Source: Bacteroidota bacterium
GTDB lineage: Bacteria; Bacteroidota; Bacteroidia; Chitinophagales; BACL12
DNA: 64,000 bases
Direction: 5' to 3'
Assembly: GCA_016718035.1 (NCBI GenBank)
Contig: JADKEK010000003.1
Span: forward strand, 200,292-264,291
Shown here: positions 10,641 through 19,601 of the stretch, in pieces
How positions within the stretch are numbered: position 1 is the stretch's first letter
Layout: the number at the start of each line of letters is the position of its first letter
Notes under the pieces: model-generated
Told to the model about the DNA's origin: nothing
Database searches by the model: none
What the model saw: the letters and a program-made list of their open reading frames with translations, nothing else
Program-made: the position numbers and the translations under genes

Positions 10641-10663
10641 ATAAAGTCATATTTTCTGACAAA
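10622..10663. promoter_or_regulatory. Candidate operator array of four alternating GTCA/TGAC half-sites with an exact 11-bp period
   Basis: GTCA at 10624, TGAC at 10635, GTCA at 10646 and TGAC at 10657. Together they form GTCA-N7-TGAC, TGAC-N7-GTCA and GTCA-N7-TGAC. The array sits between the divergent radical SAM and repressor genes and overlaps the radical SAM start codon. Confidence 0.4.
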
Positions 10664-10683
10664 AACAAAAAAAATAAATTGTT

Positions 10684-11487
10684 ATGGCACTAATTGGTTC
10701 AAATCTCAGACATCTAAGAAACGAGCGAAAGCTTAGTCAGCAGGAACTTGCAGACCTTGTAGGTATAGGAAGGACAACAATTGCCAATATTGAAGCCAAC
10801 CTTGCTAACCCCGGTCATAAGACATTGCTTGAAATAGTCAAAGTTTTTGACATAACAATTGACGAGCTCCTACATACCGACCTAACTAAACGGATTAAAC
10901 AGGTGGTTACCAAGGATATAGAAAAGGGCAGCGGTACTATAATGTATCGTCCTATTGTAATAACCGTAGATGAGCAGGGACAGGAAAACATTGTAATGGT
11001 TGATACCAAAGCAGCTGCAGGTTACCCTACTCGTTACCTGGAACCAGAGTATTATAAAGAACTGCCGGCCTTCAAACTTCCGGGTTCAGACTACAGAAAC
11101 GGCACCTTCAGGTGTTTTCAGATTGAAGGTGACAGTATGCAGGACACCATACAGCATGGCGACTATGTAATTGGCCGCTTTTGTGATAATCATTTCAAAG
11201 ATGTAAGAGATGGTTATATACATGTAGTGGTTACAGCCGATAATGTTTTAGTAAAACGGTTGATCAACAGAGCAGAAACAGAACATAAATTATACCTGAT
11301 AAGCGATAACGATGCCTACCCTGAAATAGCGGTGGACATTGATGATGTGAAAGAAATATGGTTTGTGAAAAGTAAATTGTCGTCCTACATGCCGGTAAAA
11401 AAGAATGACCTGGACAAGTTAATCGGAGATTTGACTATGCAAGTTCATCTTTTGAAAAGCAGGCTGGACAACATCGAGCGGAATTAG
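10684..11487 (+). CDS. XRE-type HTH / S24 peptidase autocleaving repressor (non-canonical LexA-like or CI-like)
   Basis: N-terminal HTH_3 (KLSQQELADLVGIGRTTIANIE). Ala-Gly cleavage site candidate (KAAAGYP), catalytic Ser in EGDSM and Lys in VLVKRL. Confidence 0.85.
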   Translation: MALIGSNLRHLRNERKLSQQELADLVGIGRTTIANIEANLANPGHKTLLEIVKVFDITIDELLHTDLTKRIKQVVTKDIEKGSGTIMYRPIVITVDEQGQENIVMVDTKAAAGYPTRYLEPEYYKELPAFKLPGSDYRNGTFRCFQIEGDSMQDTIQHGDYVIGRFCDNHFKDVRDGYIHVVVTADNVLVKRLINRAETEHKLYLISDNDAYPEIAVDIDDVKEIWFVKSKLSSYMPVKKNDLDKLIGDLTMQVHLLKSRLDNIERN

Positions 11488-11751
11488 CACTTCTGCCCCG
11501 TCTTTACACATTATTATGTGCAGGTTGATGCCCTTGGAATAAATATTTGGTCGTTTTTATACTTGTGCCATCACCCGATTAAAGGCGGGGCGGGTGAATT
11601 CCCCGAAATTCAATTTTTTACACCCGAATACCCTTATGTTTTTATTTCCACTCCTATATATATTATATCGTATGTATCGTAATAAACGGTAGGAACCGGA
11701 ATTCCGGGCAGTGGATACCCTTGTGCCACATATTTTTTGCAATTTTGCTCC

Positions 11752-12576
11752 ATGTTTAAACAGTTTTCGGCTCCGGTTACTATTACACCAAACATCATTG
11801 TTGGAGAAAGCAAACCACTTTTAATTGCAGGACCATGTGTAATTGAAAGTCTGGAACTTTGTCGCGAAGTAGCTGCTACCATGCAAAAAGTGGCAGATAA
11901 AACCGGGTATAACTACATTTTTAAAGCCTCCTTCGATAAAGCAAACCGCACAGCAGGCGGGTCTTTTAGAGGAGATGGTATAGAACAGGGTTTACAAATT
12001 TTACAACAAATAAAAGCCGAATTCCAAGTTCCGGTGTTAACAGATATTCATTTACCGGAACAAGCCGCAATAGCAGCCGGAGTTGTGGATGTATTACAAA
12101 TACCTGCCTTTTTATGTCGCCAAACAGATTTACTGGTAGCAGCAGGCAAAACCGGCATAGCAGTTAATGTAAAAAAGGGACAGTTTATGGCACCTGAAGA
12201 CATGGCCTATGCTGTTGAAAAAGTTGCCGCAACCGGCAATAATAATGTGTTACTTACCGAAAGAGGAGCTTCATTTGGTTATCATAATTTGGTTGTAGAT
12301 ATGCGTTCACTGCCTATCATGCGCCAATTTGCACCAGTAATTTTTGATGTTACCCATAGCGTTCAAATGCCGGGTGGTGCCGGAGGAAAAAGTGGTGGCA
12401 AACGTGAATTTGCCCCTTATCTGGCCAAAGCAGCTGCAGCAGTAGGTGTTGACGGCTTTTTTATCGAAACGCATCCTAACCCTGAAGTAGCATTAAGTGA
12501 TGGCCCAAACATGGTGCCACTAGCAGAAATGGAAGCATTGCTTGCTACCCTCATGCGTGTTAGGCAGGCTATTTGA
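11752..12576 (+). CDS. kdsA: 3-deoxy-8-phosphooctulonate (Kdo-8-P) synthase
   Basis: [21 protein letters not shown] and THSVQ.PGG motifs. The ORF track starts at TTG 11737; ATG 11752 is preferred. Confidence 0.9.
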   Translation: MFKQFSAPVTITPNIIVGESKPLLIAGPCVIESLELCREVAATMQKVADKTGYNYIFKASFDKANRTAGGSFRGDGIEQGLQILQQIKAEFQVPVLTDIHLPEQAAIAAGVVDVLQIPAFLCRQTDLLVAAGKTGIAVNVKKGQFMAPEDMAYAVEKVAATGNNNVLLTERGASFGYHNLVVDMRSLPIMRQFAPVIFDVTHSVQMPGGAGGKSGGKREFAPYLAKAAAAVGVDGFFIETHPNPEVALSDGPNMVPLAEMEALLATLMRVRQAI

Positions 12577-12654
12577 TGCTGTCTATATTACTACCCAGAT
12601 TTGGCGATTTGCAAATGTTAAGCAAATGAGTAAATTTGTTACTCATTCAGTTTT

Positions 12655-13197
12655 GTGTTAGAATCCTTAATCACATCGCGAACTCGAATCAAACTGCTGT
12701 TAAAGTTTTTTTCCAACAGCAAATCGTCGGCTCATTTGAGAGGTTTGGCAAAGGAGATGCATGAATCTACCAATGCTGTTCGCCTCGAACTCAACAAACT
12801 TTCCAAAGCCGGTTTCTTAGTTTCCTTCGATGAAGGCAATACCATTCAATACCGGGCAAATGAAAAACACCCTCTGTTCCCGGAATTAAAAAGTTTAGTC
12901 AGAAAGTATTTAGGTCTTGACAAAGTGGTTGAGAATATCGTCAACCAGATTGGCGAAATAAAATTTGCCTGTATTACCGGCGACTATGCTGAAGGTATAG
13001 ATAGTGGTATAATAAATCTGGTAATTGTTGGTGAGGTTGATAGGGATAAATTACAATATTGGGTAAATAAAACCGAAGCATTAATAAATAGGAAAGTGTC
13101 GACAACCATATTAAACACCGACAGCTTTATTATTTGGAAAGCGGAGGGCAACATAGAAAGTTCAATTGTATTGTGGACAAACAATACAGCTGAATAA
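12655..13197 (+). CDS. Winged-helix (ArsR-like) transcriptional regulator with a degenerate nucleotidyltransferase-like C-terminal domain
   Basis: The N-terminal segment RTRIKLLLKFF...AHLRGLAKEMHESTNAVRLELNKLSKAGFL resembles a wHTH. GTG start. It sits at the head of the polysaccharide locus. Confidence 0.5.
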   Translation: MLESLITSRTRIKLLLKFFSNSKSSAHLRGLAKEMHESTNAVRLELNKLSKAGFLVSFDEGNTIQYRANEKHPLFPELKSLVRKYLGLDKVVENIVNQIGEIKFACITGDYAEGIDSGIINLVIVGEVDRDKLQYWVNKTEALINRKVSTTILNTDSFIIWKAEGNIESSIVLWTNNTAE

Positions 13198-13261
13198 TTA
13201 TTTTATTTTTTAACTGTCTGCTCAACACACTATGTGACTGAGGAGGCGAAGCTGTAAAAAG

Positions 13262-14140
13262 ATGTTTCAATTCGACTATCAACAACCAAAGGTGATTGCA
13301 GAAATTGGATGTAATCATATGGGTGATTTTGAGATTGCAAAAACGCTTATTCGGTTAGCAAAAGAATGTGGCGCTGATTATGCAAAATTCCAAAAACGCA
13401 ATCCCAAAGAATTATTAAGCGAACAACAATACAACGCTTCACATCCTGAGCCTTGGCAGAGTTATGGTGAAACATACGGCCAACATCGCGAGTACCTCGA
13501 ATTTAATATTGAACAACATCAACAATTAAAAACATATGCTGAATCCATTGGCATTGGATACAGTGCATCTGTTTGGGATATAAGTAGTGCAAATGATATT
13601 ATTAAGTTACAGCCTGACTTTATTAAAATTCCATCTGCCTGTAATTTAAATATGCAGTTATTAAGTGTTTTACGAGATAATTACCAGGGTGATGTTCACA
13701 TATCAATAGGTATGACCACATCGGCAGAAACAGCATCAATTGTAGCCTTTTTTAATAATACGCCGGAAAATAAAAATAGATTGATTTTATATAGTTGCAC
13801 TAGCGGTTACCCAATAAAATTTAATGAAATCTGTTTATTGGAAATAAATAAATTATATCAAAACTACGGAGATAAGGTAAAAGCAATTGGGTTTAGTGGT
13901 CATCATTTAGGTATTGCAACTGACATAGCTGCTTATACACTTGGAGCTCGTTGGATTGAACGTCATTTTACCCAAGACAGAACATGGAAAGGCACTGATC
14001 ATGCTGCAAGTTTGGAAGTTCCGGGCTTACAAAAATTGGTTCGCGATTTACACCACACCTTTGAAGCATTACAATATAAAGAGAAAGAAATATTAGATGT
14101 TGAAACTGTTCAACGCAACAAATTAAAAAATAACGGGTAA
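13262..14140 (+). CDS. NeuB-family nonulosonic acid (Kdn / sialic-like, possibly 9-phosphate) synthase, short form without SAF domain
   Basis: IAEIGCNHMGD, ADYAKFQKR and GFSGHHLG...IERHFT...DHAASL match the NeuB TIM-barrel. At 292 aa there is no room for the C-terminal SAF domain. Confidence 0.85.
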   Translation: MFQFDYQQPKVIAEIGCNHMGDFEIAKTLIRLAKECGADYAKFQKRNPKELLSEQQYNASHPEPWQSYGETYGQHREYLEFNIEQHQQLKTYAESIGIGYSASVWDISSANDIIKLQPDFIKIPSACNLNMQLLSVLRDNYQGDVHISIGMTTSAETASIVAFFNNTPENKNRLILYSCTSGYPIKFNEICLLEINKLYQNYGDKVKAIGFSGHHLGIATDIAAYTLGARWIERHFTQDRTWKGTDHAASLEVPGLQKLVRDLHHTFEALQYKEKEILDVETVQRNKLKNNG

Positions 14141-14868
14141 TGGAAGTTTTGGCAATAATTCCGGCAAGGTCGGGCAGCAAAGGTTTACCGGGCAAAAATA
14201 TTAAGCCATTGTTGCAACATCCATTAATTGCGTATAGTATTAAAGCCGCATTATCAAGTAAATTGGTTACCAGAACGATAGTTAATACCGATTCAAATCA
14301 AATAGCAGATATTGCCAAAACATATGGTGCTGAAACGCCATTTTTAAGACCAAGTGTTTTAGCAGGTGATTTTACTACTGACTTAGAAGTATTTCAACAT
14401 CAATTGCAATGGTTAAAAGAAAATGAAGGATATATACCTGATTTAATAGTGCAACTTCGTCCAACATCGCCAATTCGTTTTGATGGCTGGATTGACGAAG
14501 CTATTACAAAATTACAAAGTAGCAATGCAGATTCATTACGAGCAATTACTGAGTCGCCAAACACACCATTTAAAATGTGGTTACTCAATGCCAATAATGA
14601 AGAAATAATGGAGCCATTGTTAAAAGTAAATGGTATAGATGAACCTTATAATCAGCCGAGGCAAAAACTTCCGGTTGTATATTGGCAAACAGGAACTTTA
14701 GATGTTATTAAAACATCGCTTATCAGCGAAAATCAATCAATGAGCGGTAAACATATAATTCCATTTATTATAGATAAAAAATATGCCATTGATATTGACG
14801 ATGTAAATAGTTTTTACAAGGCAGAAGAAATAATCCAGCAAACCAATTGTATAAAGTTTGATGAATAA
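14140..14868 (+). CDS. Acylneuraminate (CMP-nonulosonate) cytidylyltransferase, NeuA type
   Basis: The N-terminal AIIPARSGSKGLPGKNIKPL is the NeuA/LegF/PseF signature rather than the KdsB one. TAATG overlap with the synthase gene. Confidence 0.85.
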   Translation: MEVLAIIPARSGSKGLPGKNIKPLLQHPLIAYSIKAALSSKLVTRTIVNTDSNQIADIAKTYGAETPFLRPSVLAGDFTTDLEVFQHQLQWLKENEGYIPDLIVQLRPTSPIRFDGWIDEAITKLQSSNADSLRAITESPNTPFKMWLLNANNEEIMEPLLKVNGIDEPYNQPRQKLPVVYWQTGTLDVIKTSLISENQSMSGKHIIPFIIDKKYAIDIDDVNSFYKAEEIIQQTNCIKFDE

Positions 14869-15826
14869 ACAATCTCCCATATTAATAATAGGCGCAGGCT
14901 CAATTGGAGAAAGGCATATCAATAACCTAATACAATTGGGATATACTAATATTCATGTATTTCGCCAACGCAATTTACCCTTAAGGAATGTGGATTCAGC
15001 TTGTGTGCAAATTCATACCGATTGGGAAGTTGTAAAAAATATCGAATTTGTATTTGCCATAATTTGTACCCCAAGCAGTCAGCACTTAGCACAAACAATT
15101 TCCTGTCTCGATTTAAACATGCATGTATTAGTTGAGAAACCACTTTCCCATAATACTAATCATTTAGAGTTGCTAACCGAAAAGGTGAAATCTTCAGGTA
15201 AATTAGTTTATGTGGCCTACATGATGCGATTTCATCCGCATCTCATTGCTGTTAAAAATAGTATTACCTCAAATGCATATGGTAAATTATTATCCATACA
15301 AACACATTGGGGCAGCTATTTACCCGATTGGCACCCATATGAAGATTACACAACAAGTTATGCAGCACAAAAAGCACTTGGTGGTGGTGTTGCTTTAACC
15401 TTGAGTCATGATATTGATGTGGTTAACTGGCTTTCCGGAGATGCAATCAAAACCGTTCACAAACATTTTAGTTATGCGCCACATTTGGGAATAGATGTTG
15501 AAAGTGTAGCCGACTTTCAAATTGTTTATGAAAATGATGTTGTGGCTAATGTGCATTTGAATTATTTAGAAAAAACACCAAAACGTGTTTATCAGTTTTT
15601 ATTTGATAAAGCCAAAATCACCATTGATTATTTTGCAGCAACTATGGAAATAGACAATATGGGTATTATTACTAAAAATGAAATATCCGACTTTGACCGT
15701 AACAATCTATTTAAAGATGAGTTAGCTTTTTTTATAAATACAATTCAATCAGGTGAATTGACAACTCTTTCAATGAGTCAGATAGCAGAATCCCACACCA
15801 TAATAAATTTATGTAACCATGAGTGA
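14861..15826 (+). CDS. Gfo/Idh/MocA-family NAD(P)-dependent oxidoreductase
   Basis: N-terminal Rossmann segment ILIIGAGSIGERH and a VEKP motif. The ATG at 14861 overlaps the cytidylyltransferase stop by 8 nt. Confidence 0.8.
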   Translation: MNKQSPILIIGAGSIGERHINNLIQLGYTNIHVFRQRNLPLRNVDSACVQIHTDWEVVKNIEFVFAIICTPSSQHLAQTISCLDLNMHVLVEKPLSHNTNHLELLTEKVKSSGKLVYVAYMMRFHPHLIAVKNSITSNAYGKLLSIQTHWGSYLPDWHPYEDYTTSYAAQKALGGGVALTLSHDIDVVNWLSGDAIKTVHKHFSYAPHLGIDVESVADFQIVYENDVVANVHLNYLEKTPKRVYQFLFDKAKITIDYFAATMEIDNMGIITKNEISDFDRNNLFKDELAFFINTIQSGELTTLSMSQIAESHTIINLCNHE

Positions 15827-16640
15827 AAACATTTCCGTTCAGGATAAGGTAATTCTACTAACCGGAGCTTTTGGGTTAATAGGTAAAACCTTAGCAAAAA
15901 GTTTTATAGCCCAAGGCGCTAAAGTAATTTTAGCTGATGCCAATAAAAAACTGGCACCGCAAATAGCAGCAGAATTTAAAAAATTAAAAGCCAGCAAGCA
16001 GGTATTAGTTTGCCCAACAGACGTAACAAGTCTTTCATCATGCAATAATTGTATAACGTTGGCGCTTAAGAAATTTAAACGCATTGATGTTTTAATAAAT
16101 AACGCAGCCATTGATGCAAAGTTTGATAAACAGGCAAATAAAGTGACCAATTCTACTCGCTTTGAAAATTTCCCATTACCGCTTTTGCAAAAGTCATTTG
16201 ATGTAAATGTGAAGGGTTTAGTTCAAATCACTCAACTGGTAATTAAACAAATGTTAAAACAAGGCCATGGTAATATTATCAATGTAGCCTCTACCTATTC
16301 ATTAGTTGCTCCTAACCAATCGTTATATGACTTTGGTGAAAGTCAGCAACAATTTAAGCCGGTAGATTATGTAATTACCAAATCGGTTATACCAAATTTA
16401 ACAAGGTATATTGCCACGTTTTATGCAAAAGATAATATCAGATGTAATGCGATTGCGCCACATGGCATATTTAATGGGCATGACGATAAATTTCTGCAAA
16501 ACTTTGCTCAACTAAGTCCTTTAGGCAGAATGGCAGACCGCAATGAGTTCACAGGACCATTTACATTTCTAGCATCAGATGCATCAAGTTATATGACGGG
16601 AACAACATTAGTAGCAGATGGGGGCTGGACGGCATGGTAA
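15819..16640 (+). CDS. Short-chain dehydrogenase/reductase (SDR)
   Basis: TGAFGLIGK cofactor motif, NNAA, and S...Y.ITK catalytic residues (VASTYS ... YVITKS). 8-nt overlap with the upstream gene. Confidence 0.85.
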   Translation: MSENISVQDKVILLTGAFGLIGKTLAKSFIAQGAKVILADANKKLAPQIAAEFKKLKASKQVLVCPTDVTSLSSCNNCITLALKKFKRIDVLINNAAIDAKFDKQANKVTNSTRFENFPLPLLQKSFDVNVKGLVQITQLVIKQMLKQGHGNIINVASTYSLVAPNQSLYDFGESQQQFKPVDYVITKSVIPNLTRYIATFYAKDNIRCNAIAPHGIFNGHDDKFLQNFAQLSPLGRMADRNEFTGPFTFLASDASSYMTGTTLVADGGWTAW

Positions 16641-17596
16641 GAATTACAAAAATTCCCCAGCGTTTAGCTTGTGTTTTAGATGATTTAATTGATTTTAAAA
16701 ATAAATCGAGTGCAGTTGTAGAAGAGGGTTTACCTATAATAATAACCGGAGCACCGCGTTCTGCTACAACAACTTTAGAAGAAATTTTCAATTCAAACAG
16801 TGTTTTCTTGCATCATGAACCTTTTATCAAAAACACGCTACTGTGGAAAAAGCAATCGGAAATAAAAACCGATAGTGCAATATATGATAAGGCTGTAATT
16901 ACTTCAATACATCAAAGCATTTTAAGCGGGAAAAGTTGGTCGAATTATAGAAAAGCAGGAAGATGGTATCCTTATGTAACTAAAATGGCTTTACACAAAT
17001 CGCTGCCACTTAAACCGAGAAGAGTGATTATTAAAGATCCGGGAATATCTTTTTGTTTAGATGAAATTGCGCCATTGCTCGGTGAGCATATAGGGATAAT
17101 ATTTATGCGTAATCCTTTAAGTATAGTAACCAGTTTGAAGCGATTAAACTGGGACCCAATACAACGATTGGAATTAATTTACACCCATCCCTATTTTAAA
17201 CGTTTCGATATTCATAAGGCCAATATATCGTTAGACAAAATACGCGTAATGCAGCCAATTGAACGCATGGCATTACAAACCTCGTTGCTTCATCATTTTA
17301 TGCGTAAACATGCAGAGCAGTTACCCAATTATAGCATAGTTTATATGGAATCCTTATTCTCTAATCCATTTTCCAATATTTCTGAGTTATCGAATAAATT
17401 AGGTTTTTCAGCTAATTACATAAAGGAAACACATATAGCAGCCATAACAACAAGAGACATACACCCAATAACCAAGCATAGTTTTAAACGGCAATCGAGT
17501 CAATATATCAAGTATTGGGAAAACAAAATAACGAATGAAGAGTGTGCAATAATTAATAACTATTATTCACTTTTCAATAACCCTTACCAACAATAA
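16634..17596 (+). CDS. PAPS-dependent sulfotransferase (Sulfotransfer_3/Stf0-like)
   Basis: 5'-PSB motif IIITGAPRSATTT, then IIKDPG and the 3'-PB-like FMRNPLSIVTSLKR. The ATG overlaps the SDR stop (ATGGTAA). Confidence 0.7.
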   Translation: MVRITKIPQRLACVLDDLIDFKNKSSAVVEEGLPIIITGAPRSATTTLEEIFNSNSVFLHHEPFIKNTLLWKKQSEIKTDSAIYDKAVITSIHQSILSGKSWSNYRKAGRWYPYVTKMALHKSLPLKPRRVIIKDPGISFCLDEIAPLLGEHIGIIFMRNPLSIVTSLKRLNWDPIQRLELIYTHPYFKRFDIHKANISLDKIRVMQPIERMALQTSLLHHFMRKHAEQLPNYSIVYMESLFSNPFSNISELSNKLGFSANYIKETHIAAITTRDIHPITKHSFKRQSSQYIKYWENKITNEECAIINNYYSLFNNPYQQ

Positions 17597-17599
17597 AGT

Positions 17600-18076
17600 A
17601 TGGCAAAAATTAAACTATTTTTAAGTGATGTAGATGGCGTTATGACCGACGCCGGGATGTACTATACAGCTTCAGGTGATGAGTTTAAAAAATTCAACAC
17701 ACATGATGGTATGGCATTTAATATATTGCGCGAAGCCGGTATTAAAACGGGCATAATAACTACAGAAAATACAACTATAGTAGAACGCAGAGCAGCAAAA
17801 CTAAAAATAGACTATGTATATCAAGGTGCCGGTTTTAAGGGTAAACTTGCAGCTGCAATGGAAATTTGCGTTAAAGAAAATATAACCCTTAATGAAGTGG
17901 CCTATATTGGTGATGATATAAATTGTATTGAGTTATTAAAAGCAGTTGGTATAGCAGCCTGTCCAGCCAATTCAACGAAAAAAGTGAAAGCCATTCCTGG
18001 AATAATTCATCTGCAAAAAAGTGGTGGCGAAGGTGCTATAAGGGAATTTGTTGATGATTATATTTTAATCGAATAA
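17600..18076 (+). CDS. KdsC-family HAD phosphatase (Kdo-8-P / Kdn-9-P phosphatase type)
   Basis: 158 aa with HAD motif I LSDVDGVMTD, motif III K, and motif IV YIGDDIN. 3-nt gap to the upstream gene. Confidence 0.85.
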   Translation: MAKIKLFLSDVDGVMTDAGMYYTASGDEFKKFNTHDGMAFNILREAGIKTGIITTENTTIVERRAAKLKIDYVYQGAGFKGKLAAAMEICVKENITLNEVAYIGDDINCIELLKAVGIAACPANSTKKVKAIPGIIHLQKSGGEGAIREFVDDYILIE

Positions 18077-18093
18077 AACCACAATATCAAGTT

Positions 18094-19596
18094 GTGCCCA
18101 AAAAACCAAATCATTTCTTTAAAAACATAAGCAGCAATTATTTCATATATGCTGCCAAATTAGCTGTTGGGCTGTATGCTCTACCTGTTTGTTTAGCTGC
18201 TTACGGGAGTGAGATTTATGGTTTATACTTATTAAGCTTTGGGTTAAGTTCTGCATTAGCAGCTTTTGACCTTGGGTCATCAAGATCCATTTATAGGTAT
18301 ACTATCGAATTCGGTTCGGATAATAATCTAGAAAAATTCAAAACGGCATTAGACACGAGCTATTCATTTAATTTGTTTTCAGCTATATTAACAGCAACAC
18401 TAATAATTATACTCGGTCAATTTAGCACTACCTTATTTAATTTGCCAACTGATTCAAAACAAACTGCAACAACAATATTCCTATTAGCTGCAATCAACAC
18501 TTTTATTACAATGCTGGATGCCGCACCCCAAAGTCTTATAACTGCAAATAATCTATTTCACGCTCGAAACAAATATATAGGGGTTTCAATAATCCTCAAT
18601 CTAATGATTATATTAGCAGTACAATATTCCTCAGCTATTAACATCGAATTATATGCGTTTTTGGTAACGATTACTTCAATATTTGTTTGGTTTATGGACC
18701 ATGAGTTAGTTAAAAGTAAAAATCTTCTTAAAGGCATTAAAGTTTCCTTCAAAAATTTAACCTATTTAAAACGGTCAGAATATGCTGATTATTCACTCCA
18801 AGTTTTTGGACTTTCCTTAATAAGTTTCATGGCAATTCAAGCTGACAAGCTGATTATCGCTATCGTTTTGGATACCAGCGCTGTAACCTTATACACGATA
18901 ATTACAAAACCTTATGTTGTATTTAAAGGGATACTTGCTGCAACAATTCCAGTTGTCCAGCCAAAATTGAATGAATATTACTTTAACAATCTTTCAAACA
19001 ATTTCATACAGCTTTCACGTAAATTCACTAGAATTAGTTTTTTCATAATGCTATGCTGCACAATATTGATTGGGCTATATTACAAAGACTTGTTGTCCAT
19101 ATGGCTTAAAACCAATATATATAATAGCTATGCAAATTGGGGTATTATTAGCATGGCTACCCTTTGTTTAACCTTATTTTACACACAATTTCTGAGAACC
19201 TTGTTACATTCAAATAAAATAAAGTACATCATTTACTTTTCAATAATAGGCGTTTCTATTAATGTCATTACGAGTACAATTTTATCATACTATATAGGCT
19301 TCCAGGGGGTAATTATTGGAACAACAGTCCAAATTGCTTTAGAATTAATATATTATAAATACCTGGAACGCAAATTTATAAGCACTGACAAATTAAACCT
19401 TACTGGGTACAATTATCTTATTTATATTTTTACGATAATTCTGCTTTCAGTTGTCTGCTTTATTATGTTAGAATATTTTATCACCACATATTTATTAAAA
19501 ATTGTATCTTTCATTGTTTTATTGAGTGCTTTTTCCATAGTTATGTATATGATTTTAATTAAAGAAAATATTGTGAAAAGGGCAACTTTGCATTAA
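18094..19596 (+). CDS. wzx: Wzx-like polysaccharide flippase (MOP superfamily)
   Basis: 500 aa and highly hydrophobic, with about 12-14 TM segments. Position within the glycan operon supports the call. GTG start. Confidence 0.7.
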   Translation: MPKKPNHFFKNISSNYFIYAAKLAVGLYALPVCLAAYGSEIYGLYLLSFGLSSALAAFDLGSSRSIYRYTIEFGSDNNLEKFKTALDTSYSFNLFSAILTATLIIILGQFSTTLFNLPTDSKQTATTIFLLAAINTFITMLDAAPQSLITANNLFHARNKYIGVSIILNLMIILAVQYSSAINIELYAFLVTITSIFVWFMDHELVKSKNLLKGIKVSFKNLTYLKRSEYADYSLQVFGLSLISFMAIQADKLIIAIVLDTSAVTLYTIITKPYVVFKGILAATIPVVQPKLNEYYFNNLSNNFIQLSRKFTRISFFIMLCCTILIGLYYKDLLSIWLKTNIYNSYANWGIISMATLCLTLFYTQFLRTLLHSNKIKYIIYFSIIGVSINVITSTILSYYIGFQGVIIGTTVQIALELIYYKYLERKFISTDKLNLTGYNYLIYIFTIILLSVVCFIMLEYFITTYLLKIVSFIVLLSAFSIVMYMILIKENIVKRATLH

Positions 19597-19601
19597 TAAA
19601 A

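Noticed and set aside
11557-11882. Two minus-strand ORFs (61 and 82 aa) spanning the region upstream of kdsA and its 5' end
   Set aside because: They overlap the kdsA start and show no recognisable motifs. They sit in a repeat- and palindrome-rich intergenic region, so they are treated as non-coding.
17600-18076. The HAD phosphatase as the housekeeping KdsC partner of the nearby kdsA
   Set aside because: This is not fully excluded. However, the gene is translationally packed into the NeuB/NeuA module 5 kb from kdsA, and the cytidylyltransferase beside it has the NeuA rather than the KdsB signature. A Kdn-9-P/Neu5Ac-9-P phosphatase role is therefore favoured.
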